Shown: positions 1 to 9,261 of the stretch, one piece after another | Layout: each line of letters begins with the position of its first letter | Numbering within the stretch: the stretch's first letter is position 1 | Virus record (IMG/VR): IMGVR_UViG_3300047313_000026 | Span: 1-43,842 of that record | Length of the DNA stretch: 43,842 bases | Strand: one strand, 5' to 3' | Source: a virus | Taxonomy: Duplodnaviria; Caudoviricetes | Notes under the pieces: generated by a model | Seen by the model: the letters and a program-made list of their open reading frames with translations, nothing else | The model's database searches: none | Told to the model about the DNA's origin: nothing | Program-made: the position numbers and the translations under genes

Positions 1-99
1 CGTTTGTTTTCAAGCGCCGGTACTCCGACGCGCAGGTCGCGATGGTCACGCAGCGTGACCACCCGACCTACACCTCCCTCTCGAAGATCCAGGGCCTCG
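1..99 (+). repeat. 99-bp terminal direct repeat, copy 1 (assembly circularisation overlap)
   Basis: Identical to 43744-43842 (cgtttgttttcaagcgcc...gatccagggcctcg). Confidence 0.97.
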
Positions 100-1181
100 G
101 CGGCCAGGACTTCGTCTACGCCGTGGTCACCGGCAACCCGCAGGGCGTTGCCAACACGTACGCCGATGCCGTAACCGCCGTCGAGGTGCTCAAGGGCGAG
201 CAGTTCGTCGCGACCGACGTGCTCAAGTACGGATACATCACGCTCGATGGCCCGTCGATCAATCGCTACAAGGCGAACAACGCGGCCTTCATCAACTTCA
301 TCACCGGCCACACCGACGGCGTCCTGACGACGCTCGGCGACGAGGCAGCGTTCGATATCTTCCGCGACGGCTCGGGCAAGCGTGGCCGCCGCGCGTCGAT
401 CTCGGGCAACACGGTGACGCTGACCGATGCGGCCGACGTCCACAACTTCCGCCGCGGCATGACCCTCATCGCCGCGACCGGGGCGACCGGCACCGGCGCG
501 CGCATCGGCTCGACCAAGGTCACCCAGATCATCCGGTCGGCGAAGAAGATCGTCCTCGCCGACGCGTCGCAGATCGCATCGTTCTCGGACAACGACTACC
601 TGTTCCGGCTCGGCCAAACCGCGACGAACGGGATCCAGGGAATGGGCGCGTGCACCCCGCTGGTCACGCCGGTGTCCGGCGTCCTGTTCCGGAACGTCGA
701 TCGCGCGAATGACACCGAGGCACTCGCCGGCACGCGCATCGACGATGTGACCGTGCTGCCCGAGGACCAGATCGGCGACCTCGCGGTGCAGGTCTCGCTC
801 GTCGGCAAGCGGCTCGAGCGCGCCGTCGTCTACCCGACGGTGTTCCAGTCGATGGTCAAGCGCCTCGGCGCCAAGGTCAGCTACGTCAACCCCGAGAGCA
901 AGGCGCGCGTCGGCTTCCAAACGATCATGATCGACGCGGCCGGCTACACGATCGAGGTGATGGCCGACCCCGACGTCGTGCCGACCGAGATCCGCGCGTT
1001 CAAGAACGACGCGCACAACATCATGTACCTCGGCTCGTCGGTGGTTCACCTGATCCGCGACGACGGCAACTTGCCGCTGCGCATCGGCGACGCGGACGGC
1101 CTCGCGTACCGCGCGCGCCTGCAGGCGAACTACATGCAACCCGACCAGGCGTCGCACGGCGTCGCCACGTTCCAGGCGTAG
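3..1181 (+). CDS. Major capsid protein, 3' part (true start ATG 43710 across the junction; 404 aa total)
   Basis: Follows portal and scaffold; typical size; frame is continuous with MTAGAADNTTVTFVFKRRYSDAQVA encoded from 43710. Confidence 0.85.
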   Translation, partial: FVFKRRYSDAQVAMVTQRDHPTYTSLSKIQGLGGQDFVYAVVTGNPQGVANTYADAVTAVEVLKGEQFVATDVLKYGYITLDGPSINRYKANNAAFINFITGHTDGVLTTLGDEAAFDIFRDGSGKRGRRASISGNTVTLTDAADVHNFRRGMTLIAATGATGTGARIGSTKVTQIIRSAKKIVLADASQIASFSDNDYLFRLGQTATNGIQGMGACTPLVTPVSGVLFRNVDRANDTEALAGTRIDDVTVLPEDQIGDLAVQVSLVGKRLERAVVYPTVFQSMVKRLGAKVSYVNPESKARVGFQTIMIDAAGYTIEVMADPDVVPTEIRAFKNDAHNIMYLGSSVVHLIRDDGNLPLRIGDADGLAYRARLQANYMQPDQASHGVATFQA

Positions 1182-1256
1182 CCACCGGCGCGCCACCACC
1201 ACCCCAACTCCACACGATGGCGCCGCCGCCGGCGCCCGAGAAAAGCGAAACGGACA

Positions 1257-2027
1257 ATGACGAACGACATCACGAACAAGGCAATGTGGGTCCCGGGAAC
1301 TCGCGCGACGCCGCAGCCCGTGCCCGGCGACGGCGCGCTGATCGGCGTGCGCGGCAACCGCTACGGCGAGCTGTTCAACGTCCCGATGGGGCGGTGGCGC
1401 TACCACGCCGCCGACGAGGGCACGTACTTCACCGCGCACAACGCGACGAACGACGCCGCGACCACGCTGGCCGGTCACGCCGCGCCGGTGCTCGTCGACG
1501 CCGATGCGACGATGACCAAGCCGTTCATCCACCTCGCGAACGGCGACGCGGCGACGAGCAAGCTGCGCTGCTACCTCGACTTCATCGAGATCGAGGTCAT
1601 CACCGCCGGCGCGAACGGCACCGCGGACAGCTGGGCCGACGCGCTCGACACCGGCAACACCCGCATCACCACGCCGGGGACCGCGCTCACCAAGGTCAAT
1701 CCGAACATGCAGTCGAGCGCGACCGCGGTGCTCGCGCCGACTGGCGGCCCGATCGTGGTCAGCGCCGAGAGCGCGCAGTCGCGCAACCTCGGATTCGGGC
1801 AGTTCCGGCCGTCGATCCAGATCGCCGGCGACAAGTACATGTTCGTGTTCGGCGCCGAGCCCGAGACGGCCGGCCTCGCCGGCGCGACCGCGACCATCAA
1901 CCGTCACATCATCTGTCGGCCGCCCGTCATCCTGGGCCCGACCGACGTCTACATGCTGGCCCTGTACTCGCCGTCGCAGTCCGCGGCCGGCGTCTACAAG
2001 GTCCGCGTGGGCTGGCTGGAGCGCTGA
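1257..2027 (+). CDS. Putative virion structural protein (256 aa, beta-rich)
   Basis: Directly after capsid; strong GC3 codon bias; Thr/Ala/Gly rich. Confidence 0.6.
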   Translation: MTNDITNKAMWVPGTRATPQPVPGDGALIGVRGNRYGELFNVPMGRWRYHAADEGTYFTAHNATNDAATTLAGHAAPVLVDADATMTKPFIHLANGDAATSKLRCYLDFIEIEVITAGANGTADSWADALDTGNTRITTPGTALTKVNPNMQSSATAVLAPTGGPIVVSAESAQSRNLGFGQFRPSIQIAGDKYMFVFGAEPETAGLAGATATINRHIICRPPVILGPTDVYMLALYSPSQSAAGVYKVRVGWLER

Positions 2028-2030
2028 GCC

Positions 2031-2399
2031 ATGCAGTTCCAGCCCAGCCTGAGCAACGTGCACTACGAGCGGGTCATCCGGATCCGACTCCTCGGCACCG
2101 GCGCGGCCGACCCGACGGTCGAGTTCGGCCCGAGCATGACGGTCCTGCGCCAGGGGGTGGGCGTCCATCGCATCACCCTCGCCGAGGCCCGCGGCACGTT
2201 CATCGGCATCGGCGGCTACATCTTCGGCGCAGCGACGCCCGGCGATGTGAAGGGCCAGACGCTCACGCGCGACACGTGGGACGCGACGAACCGCCAGCTC
2301 GATATCGCGATCTGGAGCTCGGTGTTCGCGGCCGACGAGCTGAACGCCACCGAGTACCTCGATCTCACGCTCGTGTTTGCCGACACCAACAAGCCCTGA
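2031..2399 (+). CDS. Putative capsid decoration / small structural protein (122 aa)
   Basis: Position in head module, beta-strand pattern, codon bias. Confidence 0.55.
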   Translation: MQFQPSLSNVHYERVIRIRLLGTGAADPTVEFGPSMTVLRQGVGVHRITLAEARGTFIGIGGYIFGAATPGDVKGQTLTRDTWDATNRQLDIAIWSSVFAADELNATEYLDLTLVFADTNKP

Positions 2400-2405
2400 C
2401 CGACC

Positions 2406-3083
2406 ATGGCGCGCAATGTCCTCATGGGTACGCTCACCACCCGCGCTCGTCAGCGCTGGACGGGTGAGGGGGACAATTCGATCGATGTCACCGAGGTGAA
2501 GGCGCTGGTCTCGGAGTTCTACGCCGAGCTCCACGCCGTCGTGGCCGACAAGGGCGCGCGCTACTTCGAGACCGAGGCGACGCTCGACCTGCTCAACCTC
2601 GCCCTGCCGTCCGACCACATGACGACGATCGGGGTGGACCTCGTGTTGTCGGGCACGACGGGGCCGCGCCGCCCGGTGTGGGGCCCGATCGGCCCGGCGG
2701 ATCGCACGTACGTCATCGGCCTCACCACTGGCGGCCCGGCGTGCTTCTTCGCGGAGGAAGGCGCGAACCTCGCGCTTTATCCGGGCCCGACGGTCGGCAC
2801 GTACAAGCACCTGTACGTGCCCCAGCCGACCGATCTGGCGACGGCGGCCGACGCGACCGTCGTCGATACGATCAACATCTACGGCGAGCGCCTCATCCTG
2901 TGGGGCGTCGCCTCGGTGGCGCTGCACAAGGGCTCTGCCGCGCAGCAGCGGGCCATCGACGAGCACCAGCGGGCGCGTGGCGAGCTCGAGTACTGGGCCT
3001 GCCAGCGCTCGCTCGGGCAGCCGGTGTATCGCATCCCGGGCGACGTGCTCGAGGCGCTGCGCTGCGGGCGGTGGTGGCGATGA
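2406..3083 (+). CDS. Head-tail adaptor protein (podovirus gp11-like)
   Basis: N-terminal TLTTRARQR helix, LPSDHM, LYPGP...YVPQPTDL pattern of adaptor proteins; position before nozzle. Confidence 0.7.
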   Translation: MARNVLMGTLTTRARQRWTGEGDNSIDVTEVKALVSEFYAELHAVVADKGARYFETEATLDLLNLALPSDHMTTIGVDLVLSGTTGPRRPVWGPIGPADRTYVIGLTTGGPACFFAEEGANLALYPGPTVGTYKHLYVPQPTDLATAADATVVDTINIYGERLILWGVASVALHKGSAAQQRAIDEHQRARGELEYWACQRSLGQPVYRIPGDVLEALRCGRWWR

Positions 3084-3433
3084 CGCTGAAGGCGCTCGCG
3101 GGCGTCCGACTTGCTGACCCGCTTGCCGAGCGCGCGCGGGACACGCACGCGCAGGCCATCACCGAGCTGCAGCAGCAGCCCGGCGTTGGGCTGAAGATCC
3201 TCGGGGACTTCGAGGTCCCCGACACCGGCTCGGTGCTCGTGAATCACCCGCTCGGGCGCAATCCGAGCATGGTGGTCCTCTCTCCGCCGCGCGTCGAGTT
3301 CGGGGCGCCGATTCTTTTCACCGGCGGCATCGTGATTGACCTGACCGGGCCCGACGTCAACCGCGCAAAGCAGGTCCGGATCTTCGCGACCGGCTACGGT
3401 ATCCCCGTCGTCGTGACCGTGGCGGTGATGTAG
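3080..3433 (+). CDS. Small tail protein (117 aa, VNHPLGRNP motif)
   Basis: ATGA-coupled to adaptor; HxLGxxP motif common in small podovirus tail proteins. Confidence 0.6.
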   Translation: MTLKALAGVRLADPLAERARDTHAQAITELQQQPGVGLKILGDFEVPDTGSVLVNHPLGRNPSMVVLSPPRVEFGAPILFTGGIVIDLTGPDVNRAKQVRIFATGYGIPVVVTVAVM

Positions 3434-6400
3434 TGGCGTACGGGGGCCTCAACTGGCAGGTGATGAATCTGCCGCTCGCGGCGGGGCTGCAGCAGCGCAC
3501 CGACGATCGGGCGCGGCCGCAGCCGTATCTCGACATCTGCCGCGATGTGCAGTTCGACGAGATCGGCGGCATTCAGACGCGGCTGCCGTACCTCGCGATG
3601 AACAACACGATCTTCGGAGGCGGCACGCTGTCGAACTGCCGACGCCTCGCCGTCGTGAACGGCGAGCTCTGCGTGTTCACCGACACACAGTTCTACTCGT
3701 GGAACGCGCAGCTTGCGACCTGGGTGCTGCGCGGGACGCACATGGCCGCGATGATCGATACCGCGCAGCGCTTCGCGCGGGCGACGGATCAGTTCTTCAC
3801 TGACCGCGCCGAGCTCAATGGCACCGTGGTGTACGCGTGGTTCGAGCCCGACGGGTCACTGCTCGGCGGGGCCGTGTACGCCGCGGCGATGGACAAGGTG
3901 ACCGAGTCGGTGCTGGTGACGTCGACGCTGGTCACTCCGTCGAGTGGCAGCAGCTTCAGCGTTCGGCTGGTGGCGCTCGCAACGAAGATCCTGATGCTCA
4001 CCGAGGTCGGCGGCGCGAATCGAACGCTCGAGGTACGCGCTATCGACCCGGCGGCGCCGCTCACCGGTATCCAGTCGGTCGCCACCACCATCCTCGCGTC
4101 GGGTGTCTCCGGCGGCACGGGGTACGACGTCGTGCGCGTGCTCGGCGCGGACCAAGCCGTCGGCGCGGCGATCAGGGCGACGACCACTTCCTATTCGGTG
4201 TTCACGGTCACCGCCGGGCTCGTCGTGGCGGCGTCGACGAAGGCGCGAACGGCCGACGGCCGGATCGCGGTAGCGTCGCGCCCGTCGGCCGGCGCGCAGA
4301 CGCACATCTTCCGCACCGTGAGCGGGACGACGCAGGTGCTCGGCGATGTGGTCACCACGAGCACGCTCGCGGACGTCGCCACTGGCCAGGTGATCGGGAC
4401 ATACACAGCCAACCCGAACCACCTGACCGCGTGCTACCGCTCCGCTCAGACGGCTGGCCACTTTGTGTGCCGGGCGTTCTGGACGGCGAACGAGTTCTCG
4501 GCGAACACCCCCGAGACCAAGAGCAATACCGTCGACGACGCGGGTACGATCGGCACGCAGGCGACGTTCGCGAATGGGCTCGGCATCGCCTCGCGCGCGT
4601 TCGACTACAGCGGCTCGGTCTACGTCAACACGATGTTCGCGCTGAACAGCCTGGCCTCGACCGCGGTCGGGGCCTCGCTGCAGAACACCTACTTCCTCTA
4701 TCGCGAGGACGGCTCGCTAATCGGCAAGGCGCTCGCCGGCGTCGCCAGCGGATACGAGAACGTGGGCGTGCGGCCCGGCGTCGATCTCACCGGCCCGGCG
4801 ATCTACTCGTGGGCCGGTGCGCGTCGGCGGACGCTCGAGGCGACCTCCGGCACGGCGCTACCGGAGGCGGGCGGCAACTCGTACGGATCCCGGACGCTCA
4901 CCGACATCACGATCACGTTCGACACCAACGCTGCGCGACGGACTGCGCAGATCGGCCGCACGGGCTACATCACCGGGGCCGAGGTCCTGCAATACGACGG
5001 CGTCCGGCTCGTCGAGTGCGGCTTCAACACCTTCGCGTACTCGTTCGCCCCCGCGGACGCCGGCGTGACCGGCGGCGGTGCGGCGATGGCGGCCGGCACC
5101 TACGCGTACAAGCCGACGTTCTCGTACACCAATGCGCAGGGAGAGAAGGAGCGGTCGACCACGGCGGCGATCGCGACCGTGGCAATCGCCGCCGGCGCGA
5201 GCTCGATGTCCGCGGCGTCCGCCGACAGCGGGCCGCTATTCACGACCCGCAAGACGTCCCCGGCGCCCGCCTTCGAGGTCTGGCGCACGGTGGTCGATCC
5301 GCCGCCCGGCGACCCGCCGTTCTACCGGGTCAGCTCACAGGACCCGAGCGCGACCACCAACCCGAATCGGTACCTGCTGAGCTCGTCGCCAGTCCCGGCG
5401 TTCACCGACGAGCTGGCGGATACCGCCATCCTGTCCCGCGAGCAGAACCCCGAGGGCGGCGATGTGCTCGAGGTGCTCGCGCCGCCGCCGGCGACCATCA
5501 TCATCGCGACCGAGGCGCGGCTCTTCCTCGCGGGCGTCGCCGGCGACCCGGATCGGGTGTGGCCATCGCGCGAGCGCGGCGACGGCGAGATTGCCTCGTT
5601 CCATGACTCGCTGCCGATCGACATCCCCGGGCCCGGCGGGGATATCACCGCGATCTGGTTTCAGGACGAGATCCTCTACGTCGCGCGCGAGACGGCGCTC
5701 TACGCGCTCCCCGGGCGCGGCCGCGACAACCAGGGGCAGGGCAGCGGCTACGGGCCGGCGCGGATCGTGTCGGCCGACATCGGTGCCATCAGCCAGGAGT
5801 CGGTTGTGCTCACGCCGCACGGCACGCTCTTTCAGAGCCGCAAGGGCTGGCAGCTGCTCGATCGGAGCGGCTCGGCGGTGCTCTACGTCGGCGGCGCCGT
5901 CTTCGACTTCGAGACCGAAACGGTGCTCGCGACGAGCATCGCCGAGACGCAGCATCACGTTCGCATCCTCACGAACCAGCGCGTGATCCTGTGGGCGTAC
6001 CCCCGCGAAGGCGCCGCGGGCGGCTCGTATCCGCAGCAGATGGCGGCCGGCGGCCAGTGGGGCGAGTGGACGAACGGCGACGGCGTGCACGCCTGCATGT
6101 GGCAGGGGTCGCACGTCATCCTGACCGCGACCGGGCCGAAGATTCAGCAGACCTCCTACTCGGCGCTGACCTACGGGCTCGACGTCGAAGAGACATGGAT
6201 CAAGCTGGCCGACCTGCAGGGCGCGGCGCGCGTCCGCAAGATCCAGCCGCTCGGCGAGTACCGCAGCGCGTTCCTGCTGCGGATGCGCGTCGCCTACAAC
6301 TACGATCCGACATACGTCGATGACGTCGTGTGGACGCCGACGCCCGCGGTGGTCGGCGGCGCACTGCAGATGGCACACGGCCCCAAGCGGCCAGCCTGTC

Positions 6401-6993
6401 AGGCCATCAAGGTCCGCATCACCGCGGTCACCGACGCCGTGCGCGCGCGACTCCTGACCGCGAGCATGTCGCCGACCGTGCCGACGTCCGGCGCGGCGTG
6501 GACGTCGACCTGGACCGCGGCGAGCGCCCTGCCCGGCGAGGCCGGTAACGCGCTGACGATGACGGTCTCCGCGATCGCCTTCACCGCGGTCGAGGCGCCC
6601 GGGCTTCCGCTGGAGATGCCGTTCGACCTCATCTCGGAGACCGGGGCGGTCATCGTGAACGACAACGCGACCTGGTCGCCCGCGAGCTCGAGCTGGGTCG
6701 CGGCACCGAACAACATCGGCGTCCTGGTCGCGGGCTCGCTGACGGTCTCGGATCTCGAGGCGGTGATCGCGGCCACCACGACGCTCGCCACGCTGACGGC
6801 GCCGGACGCGAGCCCGACCAAGACGGTCGATACCGCCACGCTGCTCGCGCTCGCGCAGGTCTCGACCGGGGCGTTCGCGGGCGGCGTGTACGGGGCGCCG
6901 ACGGGCGAGGCGCTCAAGCTCACCGGCCTGGCGCTCGATGTCGGTATCGAGGGCGGGCTCTACCGGCGCCTCGCCAGGGAGCAGGCCGTATGA
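3433..6993 (+). CDS. Tail nozzle / tail tubular protein B-like (1186 aa)
   Basis: Large beta-rich protein after adaptor; RLFLAG...DRVWPS, DIGAISQESV, LDVEETWIKL segments resemble nozzle (T7 gp12 / P22 gp10-like) proteins. Confidence 0.7.
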   Translation: MAYGGLNWQVMNLPLAAGLQQRTDDRARPQPYLDICRDVQFDEIGGIQTRLPYLAMNNTIFGGGTLSNCRRLAVVNGELCVFTDTQFYSWNAQLATWVLRGTHMAAMIDTAQRFARATDQFFTDRAELNGTVVYAWFEPDGSLLGGAVYAAAMDKVTESVLVTSTLVTPSSGSSFSVRLVALATKILMLTEVGGANRTLEVRAIDPAAPLTGIQSVATTILASGVSGGTGYDVVRVLGADQAVGAAIRATTTSYSVFTVTAGLVVAASTKARTADGRIAVASRPSAGAQTHIFRTVSGTTQVLGDVVTTSTLADVATGQVIGTYTANPNHLTACYRSAQTAGHFVCRAFWTANEFSANTPETKSNTVDDAGTIGTQATFANGLGIASRAFDYSGSVYVNTMFALNSLASTAVGASLQNTYFLYREDGSLIGKALAGVASGYENVGVRPGVDLTGPAIYSWAGARRRTLEATSGTALPEAGGNSYGSRTLTDITITFDTNAARRTAQIGRTGYITGAEVLQYDGVRLVECGFNTFAYSFAPADAGVTGGGAAMAAGTYAYKPTFSYTNAQGEKERSTTAAIATVAIAAGASSMSAASADSGPLFTTRKTSPAPAFEVWRTVVDPPPGDPPFYRVSSQDPSATTNPNRYLLSSSPVPAFTDELADTAILSREQNPEGGDVLEVLAPPPATIIIATEARLFLAGVAGDPDRVWPSRERGDGEIASFHDSLPIDIPGPGGDITAIWFQDEILYVARETALYALPGRGRDNQGQGSGYGPARIVSADIGAISQESVVLTPHGTLFQSRKGWQLLDRSGSAVLYVGGAVFDFETETVLATSIAETQHHVRILTNQRVILWAYPREGAAGGSYPQQMAAGGQWGEWTNGDGVHACMWQGSHVILTATGPKIQQTSYSALTYGLDVEETWIKLADLQGAARVRKIQPLGEYRSAFLLRMRVAYNYDPTYVDDVVWTPTPAVVGGALQMAHGPKRPACQAIKVRITAVTDAVRARLLTASMSPTVPTSGAAWTSTWTAASALPGEAGNALTMTVSAIAFTAVEAPGLPLEMPFDLISETGAVIVNDNATWSPASSSWVAAPNNIGVLVAGSLTVSDLEAVIAATTTLATLTAPDASPTKTVDTATLLALAQVSTGAFAGGVYGAPTGEALKLTGLALDVGIEGGLYRRLAREQAV

Positions 6994-8540
6994 CCGACAA
7001 CTTCGTCGACCAGGATCTCGCCCTCCCCGACGACAAAATCAACACGTCTGGAAACGCCGATGCGCTGCCGAATCCGACGCGCAAGTGGTCGGCGAACGAT
7101 GCCGACCGCGTGTTCTCCTCGCTGAGGGACCTCCGCACCGTGGCCCAGCGCGCGCCGCTGAACGTCAAGGCACGCGGCGCCGTCGGCGACGGCGTGCACG
7201 ACGACTCGACCGCGATCCTGGCGACGATCGCTGAGGTCGCCGCCGATGGCGGCGGGACCGTCGACATGTCCGCGGGTACGTACCTGTCCAGCTCGCAGAT
7301 CGTCGGCGCCGACGCCGTCCTGCTGCGCGGCGACCGGTTCGGGCGGACCGTCATCAGGGCGAGTAACACCTTCAACGCCGCGAGCCTGATCACGAATGCC
7401 TCGCATGATGGCACGCAGGAGTTCTTCGGCATCGAGGGCATCCTGATCGACGGCAATCAGGCCGGCGGCGCGGTGTGCTCGGTGGCCGTCGTCGACTTGG
7501 TCTCGCTGTTCATCAACAGCTATTTTCGCGACATCATCATCCTCAATGGGTCAGGCGTCGGGCTGCGCGTCGCAGCGACGAACGCGATGGGGCCGCTGCT
7601 ATTCGAGAACGTGTGGCTCGCGAACAACGTCGGCCACAACCTGCTCTGCGAGGAAGTGGCCGGCAATTCAGGCGCCTGCGATGGCCTGTGCTTCGTCAAC
7701 CTGACCAGCGAACACCAGGGAAGCGGGAAGTCCGCGATCTACCTCAAGGGGCTCGGCAGCTGCGCAGGGTGGAACTTCTTCAATACGCACGTCGAGCAGG
7801 GGCAGGTGGGGGCGACGACGCAGACCTGTATCACGATCGACGGCGTACCCGATGTCCTGTTCGATGGCGTCCAGCTGCTGACCGGAAACGTCGCGGCGAT
7901 GACCGCAGGAATCGCGATCACGACAGCGGTCCAGAACGTGCGCATCCAGATCCGTGGTGTCACGAATGCGAATCTGATCAACCCAGTGATCGCCGACGCG
8001 AAAAACAGTGTCACGATCGGCGCGATCTCGCCGCCCTGGTACGTCACGCCCGAGGTCAACGTCCGCGGCGGACTGCGCTTCACGCCGGACAGCGCCGCAG
8101 CGGCCAAGAGCCTCGTGCTCCAGGATTCGGGTGGCGCCGATCGCGTGTGGGGCGACAAGAATGGGCGCCTCACCGGAGCGAGCGTGTTCGGTGCCGGGGT
8201 TGAGATCGTCAGCCCGGACAGTAACGAGCGCCCATTGGCCTTGACCAATCTGGCCTTGAATCAGCTCGTCGGCTGGGTGTTTCAGCCCGGCGGAGCGCTC
8301 AGGCTGCGCAACCTCACCAACGCCGTCGATGGCTACGAGTTGACCACGGCGGGGTTGATAAAGGTCATCCAGGCGCTGCAGGGGACCGGCGCCCGCGCCG
8401 CAGCGCCGAGCACGGGTACGCACATCGCCGGCGAGATCGTGCTCAACGCCGATCCTGTCGCCGGCGGCAAGGCCGGCTGGATCTGCGTCACCGGCGGGAC
8501 GCCGGGTACATGGAAGGCGTTCGGGGCGATCGACGCATGA
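6990..8540 (+). CDS. Tailspike with pectate-lyase-like beta-helix (polysaccharide depolymerase)
   Basis: NVKARGAVGDGVHDDSTAI...GGGTV..SAGTY signature of Pectate_lyase_3; C-terminal GWICVTGGTPGTWKAFGAI tailspike motif. Confidence 0.85.
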   Translation: MTDNFVDQDLALPDDKINTSGNADALPNPTRKWSANDADRVFSSLRDLRTVAQRAPLNVKARGAVGDGVHDDSTAILATIAEVAADGGGTVDMSAGTYLSSSQIVGADAVLLRGDRFGRTVIRASNTFNAASLITNASHDGTQEFFGIEGILIDGNQAGGAVCSVAVVDLVSLFINSYFRDIIILNGSGVGLRVAATNAMGPLLFENVWLANNVGHNLLCEEVAGNSGACDGLCFVNLTSEHQGSGKSAIYLKGLGSCAGWNFFNTHVEQGQVGATTQTCITIDGVPDVLFDGVQLLTGNVAAMTAGIAITTAVQNVRIQIRGVTNANLINPVIADAKNSVTIGAISPPWYVTPEVNVRGGLRFTPDSAAAAKSLVLQDSGGADRVWGDKNGRLTGASVFGAGVEIVSPDSNERPLALTNLALNQLVGWVFQPGGALRLRNLTNAVDGYELTTAGLIKVIQALQGTGARAAAPSTGTHIAGEIVLNADPVAGGKAGWICVTGGTPGTWKAFGAIDA

Positions 8541-8583
8541 GGGACCTCAACCAGCGCCCGGCTGTGGCGCAGAAGGCAATGCC

Positions 8584-9258
8584 ATGGGCGATCTAGGCAA
8601 CGCAGCAGGCGGAGCGGCAAGCGGTGCGGCGGCGGGCGCCGTGCTGGGTCCGTACGGTGCCCTCGCCGGCGGGCTCGTCGGCGGCGCCATCGGCTATTTC
8701 AGCGGCGGCGATGACGACGCCGCGAAGGCCGAGGCGCTCCGCAAGCAGCTGCTCTACCAGCAGGCCGGAATGTCCGGCCAGTTCGCGGACAACGCCCAAG
8801 CCGGCTACGGCGCATACGGGCAGCAGGCCCAGCAGCCGCTGACCTACCTCCAGCGGACGGCACAGGGCGAGAACTCGGTGTCGTCCGAGCAGCTCCGCCA
8901 GGCGCTGCAGCAGAACGTCGCCGCGCAGCGCTCGCTCGCCGCCGGCGCATCGCCGCAGAACGCCGCGATGGCCGCGCGAACGGCCGCGATCCAGTCCGGT
9001 CGGCTCGGCGCAGGGCTCGCCGGGCAGCAGGCGGTCGCCGGGCTGCAAGAGCGCGCGCAGGCCAACCAGGCGTACGGCTCGCTGCTCGGGACACTGCGCG
9101 GGCAGGACCTCAACGCCGCGCTCTCCGCTCGGCAGAACGCCATGACCGGCTACGGCGCGAACAACGCGGGCGCGCCGCCGAAGAGCTGGATCGAGCAATA
9201 CGGCCCCGCGATCCAGGGCGGTCTCAGCGCTTACGCGGCTTCGCAGAGGGGCAAGTAG
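8584..9258 (+). CDS. Internal virion / DNA ejection protein (small, 224 aa)
   Basis: N-terminal Gly-zipper (GAAAGAVLGPYGALAGGLVGGAIG), Gln/Ala-rich helical body, first of three post-tail genes. Confidence 0.7.
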   Translation: MGDLGNAAGGAASGAAAGAVLGPYGALAGGLVGGAIGYFSGGDDDAAKAEALRKQLLYQQAGMSGQFADNAQAGYGAYGQQAQQPLTYLQRTAQGENSVSSEQLRQALQQNVAAQRSLAAGASPQNAAMAARTAAIQSGRLGAGLAGQQAVAGLQERAQANQAYGSLLGTLRGQDLNAALSARQNAMTGYGANNAGAPPKSWIEQYGPAIQGGLSAYAASQRGK

Positions 9259-9261
9259 TAG

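Noticed and set aside
1-99. Terminal repeat as a biological DTR
   Set aside because: Exactly 99 bp (a common assembler k-mer) and it falls inside the capsid gene, so it is best read as a circularisation overlap
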